Position numbers and translations under genes: made by a program. The notes below the pieces were generated by a model. The model saw only the letters and a program-made list of their open reading frames with translations. It was not told the origin of the DNA and did no database searches. From positions 380,342 through 444,341 of the forward strand of contig JBEPZY010000003.1 in the NCBI GenBank assembly GCA_041640595.1: DNA of 64,000 nucleotides. The letters are read 5' to 3'. Positions 59,920 through 64,000 of this stretch are shown piece by piece (positions within the stretch are counted from its first letter, which is position 1; each line of letters opens with the position of its first letter). The stretch is from Gemmatales bacterium (GTDB taxonomy: Bacteria; Planctomycetota; Planctomycetia; Gemmatales; HRBIN36).

Positions 59920-62562
59920 ATGCGAAAGCTGGGAGCTATTTTTTGCGTTGTCGCTGTCGTAGTTGCCGCCCGCGATGAGGCTTCTGGCTCGAAGCCGGAC
60001 TATGTTATGCTGGACATGTTCGAAGTAGCGCCTGGCTGGAAGGTGCGGATGGCGGCGAGTGATGGCATGGTTCACTGGGTCGGCAGTTTGGCGTTCGATC
60101 GGCACGGAAATGCCTGGCTCGTCGAGAAAAGCGAAACGGGCAGCCGACTTTGCCGGCTTACCGATACCGACAACGACGGCGTTTATGACCGGCGCGACGA
60201 AATTCGCCTGTCCATTCCTCGCCCCGTCAGCGTCGCAGTCTGGGGCGATTGGCTTTATCTGGTCGGCGATGGGCAGTTGAAGCGCTGGCGAATTGGGACA
60301 AACGGAACCGGCCAGCCGAAAAGGATGCCTTTAGAGGAACCGAAAGAGACCCTGCTCGAAGGCCTGGGAGCTGGGCCAGCGTTTTTGAGTGTGTCGGCTG
60401 CCGGCGTGTACGTGCGTGGTCGCGGCAATGGCATTCGGCAACCGGGCCGGCCAGCGAATGGGCCCCGAAGCGAGGATGCCGTCTTGCTGCTTCCGCATGA
60501 ATCAGGCACAATTCGCTGGCTCGCTTCGAGTCAGACGACTTCCGTCGCACCCATAGCCGTTGACCCGACCGGAAATATCTGGCTCGTTCACGAAACGACA
60601 AACCGCCAGGTGCAGTTGCTTCGCTGGCAGGCGAATACGGAAACATTTTCGCCAATTGGTCGGCATCACCCCAGCGAATTGCCCGTAGCGAATGGCGAAA
60701 CTCAGCGCGATTCGGGTACCAGACCGGCGGGTCGGACAGAAGCTTCGACAGCCGAAGCGGAATCTGCGCCCGCGTTCGGACAAGGCGAATTCGGAGAAAT
60801 GTTGCCCGTTCCGCCCCGAATCCGCACGCCTTTGCCGTCAACGGTGATCGGTCTGGTCGGGGTTTACCACAGTCCCAACGAGGAGGCCCCAACGAACTGG
60901 TTGTGGGCGAGGGCCTGGCCGCCCGCTTTAGTTGGCCTTTCCGAGAAAGACGCACCGACCTTGCTCGTCAGCGTGAAACCTTCTTTCCGGGCGTCGGTGA
61001 TTTTCACCGCACTGGCCAGTGATCGGCAAGGAAATATCTACCTGGCCGGTTGCTATCGTTTGCCTGCAAACCAGGAGCGTGGTTTCCTGGTTCGCCTCGA
61101 GCCACCGCAGGGGCAATCCCAAGCAAAATCTCCCGACGATCTCAGTCGGCTGGAAGAAAGGCAATTGCTGGAGCATCTGGTCCGAGCCCATCCTGCGGAA
61201 TTATTGGCGGTGCAGGAGGAAATTTATCGGCGGGGCAAAACGATTCTTCCCGCACTGGTCAGCCTGGCCGAAAGCTTGACGGCAAACGAGCACCCTGCCG
61301 ACACCGCTTCGCCGAGAGCCAGCGTGCGTGTTCTGCAATTGCTGGCGGCATTGCGAAGCGGTCAGGGCGGAAATTTACCGCCGCAGCTAGCCGACTCAAT
61401 TCGCCGGCTGGGAATGACACTCGTTCGTCACAACTCGCCCGAACTGGTGCTGGCGGGCATCGCGCTACTCCGTGGCGATACCAGCGAATCCGCACAGGCA
61501 GCGCTGGTGCAGTTGCTCGAGGATCGAGCGATCCGGGTGCGGCAGGCAGCTGTACTGGCACTGGCCGAGATCGGCAGTGCTGAGGTAGCGGCGACGCTGG
61601 CCAACTTCTTACGGTTTTACGATGGCCGCGAACCGGACTGGCTGGCCACCCTGGCGCGCGGATTGGAATGGTGCGGCGAATCGGGACTGGCGGCATTATG
61701 GGAACTGGCGAACTCCGGTTCGGCCAGCGAACTGGCGCACGCCCTTGCTGCCTGGACCCGGCTACGCTCTGCCCGGGCACTGGAATATGTCGGAAAATGG
61801 CTTGAGCATCCGCATCTCAACGACGAGCAGCGCCGCTCTATTCTGGTCTGGTGGTCGCTGGGTGCACGCCAGTACCCGGCCGATGTTCGACCGATCCGGA
61901 ACTGGCTGGCAAAGCAGGACCATCCGGCTCCGGCTTTGCTTGCTGCCGCATTGCAAGCCTTAGCGGTGCAGGCTGCCGAAGAGGGTTTCGCTGTCGGCCA
62001 GCTGGCAGCGAAATGGTTAGACCACGACGATCTGTCGGTTCGTCTGGCAGCGATGAGTTGTTTGCGATCTACGCGAGAGCTGGCTGTGGAAACGATTTTG
62101 TTACGTCGGGTTCATGAAAATGCCCGTTCGCCGCAGGAACGCTTGCTGGCCGCCGAGGTGTTGCTGGCCCAGCGTTCGACAAAAATACCCCCGGTGCTGC
62201 TCGAGCTGCTGGTGGATCGGTCTCAAACACCGGCTCTGCGCGAGCAAGTGGCGGTCTTGCTCCTCCGCTATGGCGACGAGACGCTTCGTCAGCAATGCCT
62301 GGCTCGATTGCGGGATTGGCCTGCCGATATGTGGCAGGTCCTCCTGCACCATCTGCGACCGGAAAAGGATTTATTGCTCCACCTGGCCCAGCGCTATCGA
62401 AACGGTAATGTTATACCGGAAGAAGCGAGCCTGCCGTGGTACTGGAGAATTGCCCTGGCCCGTCCGGTGGGACTGAAAGAAGCCCTTATCGAAGCGCTGG
62501 GCGTCTGGTGTGCGGACGACCCTGCTGCCTGGAGAGCACTGGGGAACCTGAGCCTGCAATAA
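59920..62562 (+). CDS. Secreted HEAT-repeat protein with a degenerate PVC propeller-like N-terminus
   Basis: Signal peptide, FEVAPGWKV, LTDTDNDGVYD, HEAT-like repeats (LVQLLEDRAIRVRQAAVLALA); no CxxCH. Confidence 0.7.
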   Translation: MRKLGAIFCVVAVVVAARDEASGSKPDYVMLDMFEVAPGWKVRMAASDGMVHWVGSLAFDRHGNAWLVEKSETGSRLCRLTDTDNDGVYDRRDEIRLSIPRPVSVAVWGDWLYLVGDGQLKRWRIGTNGTGQPKRMPLEEPKETLLEGLGAGPAFLSVSAAGVYVRGRGNGIRQPGRPANGPRSEDAVLLLPHESGTIRWLASSQTTSVAPIAVDPTGNIWLVHETTNRQVQLLRWQANTETFSPIGRHHPSELPVANGETQRDSGTRPAGRTEASTAEAESAPAFGQGEFGEMLPVPPRIRTPLPSTVIGLVGVYHSPNEEAPTNWLWARAWPPALVGLSEKDAPTLLVSVKPSFRASVIFTALASDRQGNIYLAGCYRLPANQERGFLVRLEPPQGQSQAKSPDDLSRLEERQLLEHLVRAHPAELLAVQEEIYRRGKTILPALVSLAESLTANEHPADTASPRASVRVLQLLAALRSGQGGNLPPQLADSIRRLGMTLVRHNSPELVLAGIALLRGDTSESAQAALVQLLEDRAIRVRQAAVLALAEIGSAEVAATLANFLRFYDGREPDWLATLARGLEWCGESGLAALWELANSGSASELAHALAAWTRLRSARALEYVGKWLEHPHLNDEQRRSILVWWSLGARQYPADVRPIRNWLAKQDHPAPALLAAALQALAVQAAEEGFAVGQLAAKWLDHDDLSVRLAAMSCLRSTRELAVETILLRRVHENARSPQERLLAAEVLLAQRSTKIPPVLLELLVDRSQTPALREQVAVLLLRYGDETLRQQCLARLRDWPADMWQVLLHHLRPEKDLLLHLAQRYRNGNVIPEEASLPWYWRIALARPVGLKEALIEALGVWCADDPAAWRALGNLSLQ

Positions 62563-62637
62563 CCCAGCGTGGTCTTCGTCTGGTCGCCAGGATCGGGACG
62601 CAAAACGCTGGCCCGACCATAAGCTTTGGAGAACGAT

Positions 62638-63402
62638 ATGCTTCCCGAAACGTGGAAAGCCCAGCGGTATGCGGTGTGGATTATCGTCTGCGTGAAGGTG
62701 GCTCTTGCAGCAACGCTTGCCTTTGCTGAAAAACCCGTCAATCAAAAAACGGCCCGGGAAGCCTTGCGCCCGTTCAACGATCTGATTGGGGCATGGCGAG
62801 CCACTGGCGAACCGGCTACCGGCACGCTTGCGGAAAAACAAAAAGGGTTCTGGAGCGAGAAAATCTCCTGGACCTGGAAATTCAAGGGCGAGGACGCCTG
62901 GCTGGTGATGGAGATTCAGAACGGGAAGCGGTTCCGTGGCGGCGAACTGCGGTATCTGCCCGAAAAGCAGCTGTATCAGCTGACCCTGCTGCCGGTCGGA
63001 GAAGATACTCCCCGGGTGTATCATGGCCAGTACGACGACAAGACGCGGACGCTGGTGTGCGAACGCACCGACCCGCAGCGGAAACAGGATGAACGCGTGA
63101 CCATCAGTCTCGTGGACGACATCCGCTTCGTTTACCGGTTTGATTATCGTCCCAGCGGACGCAAGCTGTACAACCGGGACTTTCTTGTCGGGGCGACGCG
63201 AGAAGGTCAAAGTCTGGCCGTCGAACGCCGCAAGGGGCCGGAATGTGTGGTCAGCGGTGGGCTCGGCACGATCCCCGTCAGTTACAAAGGCCAGACCTAT
63301 TACGTATGCTGCACCGGTTGCCGCAACGCCTTCAACGAGAATCCGGAAAAGTACGTCCAGGAATTTCTGAAGCGCAAAGCGCAGGAACAGAAACCGGAGT
63401 AA
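62638..63402 (+). CDS. YHS-domain protein
   Basis: C-terminal CVVSGG..VSYKGQTYYVCCTGCRNAFNENPEKYV; N-terminal signal-like segment. Confidence 0.85.
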   Translation: MLPETWKAQRYAVWIIVCVKVALAATLAFAEKPVNQKTAREALRPFNDLIGAWRATGEPATGTLAEKQKGFWSEKISWTWKFKGEDAWLVMEIQNGKRFRGGELRYLPEKQLYQLTLLPVGEDTPRVYHGQYDDKTRTLVCERTDPQRKQDERVTISLVDDIRFVYRFDYRPSGRKLYNRDFLVGATREGQSLAVERRKGPECVVSGGLGTIPVSYKGQTYYVCCTGCRNAFNENPEKYVQEFLKRKAQEQKPE

Positions 63403-63564
63403 CTTTGCCTGCTCTGCCGGCTGGCTTTGCCGTCGGGCAGGAAAATTTTTACAATGCTCTTGACGCGGCTCGACGATTTTGCTAATGTGCAGTGGGGGAG
63501 GTTGCGGACACCTCCCGGCAAAATCCCGCCTCAAACCATCCTGCCTAAAGAAGGGGGGCCAAGC

Positions 63565-64000
63565 ATGTTGACGATCTATGGCTCTGCACAGCGGTTCTGC
63601 GACGGAATCAGCCGTCGGAATTTCCTCAAGATCGGGGCCTTTGGTGCCGGCCTGACACTCGCGGACCTGCTCCGCTTCCGCGCTCAGGCTGCCGAGACCA
63701 GCAAGGGGAAAGTCTCCCTGCCCAACAAAGCCGCCATCATGATTTACCTGCCCGGCGGCCCATCGCACATGGATACCTACGACCTCAAACCCAACGCACC
63801 GGCCGAATTCCGCGGCGAATTCAAGCCCATCAAGACCAACGTTCCCGGCATCGAAATTTGCGAATACTTCCCGCTCCAGGCCAAAATCATGGACAAGCTG
63901 GCGATTATCCGTTCCATCGTCAGCGTGGATGAGCATTCCGACTCGCTGGTGATGACGGGTTATCCGGAGCGGATTTCGCGGGTGACCAACCATCCGTCGT
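63565..64000 (+). CDS. DUF1501-family protein (partial, runs off the window end)
   Basis: MLTIYG..CDGISRRNFLKIG (Tat motif), IYLPGGPSHMDTYDLKP.AP.E.RGEF.PI.TNVPGIEICE; not in the supplied ORF track because it has no stop. Confidence 0.92.
   Translation, partial: MLTIYGSAQRFCDGISRRNFLKIGAFGAGLTLADLLRFRAQAAETSKGKVSLPNKAAIMIYLPGGPSHMDTYDLKPNAPAEFRGEFKPIKTNVPGIEICEYFPLQAKIMDKLAIIRSIVSVDEHSDSLVMTGYPERISRVTNHPS

Overview
GC-rich bacterial DNA whose gene content is typical of Planctomycetota: a PVC-type heme-binding CxxCH protein, DUF1501, mptG and a planctomycete extracellular 'LEDR' N-terminal motif. Housekeeping and core genes (TPR protein, mptG, ggt, proC, FHA-GAF-HD-GYP, ppdK, histidine kinase, comF, YHS protein) flank three larger blocks. 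(i) A type IV pilus/T2SS-like cluster: pilB-pilT-pilB-pilC plus four minor-pilin-like genes. (ii) A stand-alone type III-D-like CRISPR effector operon with an unusual HD-bearing Cas10, an embedded orphan MNT nucleotidyltransferase, two small-subunit-like genes, and no cas1/2/6, CARF effector or canonical array in the window. (iii) A polymorphic toxin locus (Ig domain, long S/T/Y-rich stalk, HINT, toxin tip, immunity gene, orphan tip plus immunity cassette) between decayed IS elements next to tRNA-Arg(CCT). The most unusual signal is non-coding. Many intergenic and pseudogene stretches carry local 'repeat-insert-repeat' scars: about 25-37 bp of local sequence duplicated around about 30-50 bp of other sequence, with periods clustering at about 66-67 and 71-75 bp. 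This matches CRISPR repeat+spacer geometry and may record pervasive off-target Cas1-Cas2 spacer integration (inference). All product calls come from motif recognition only; no database searches were run.
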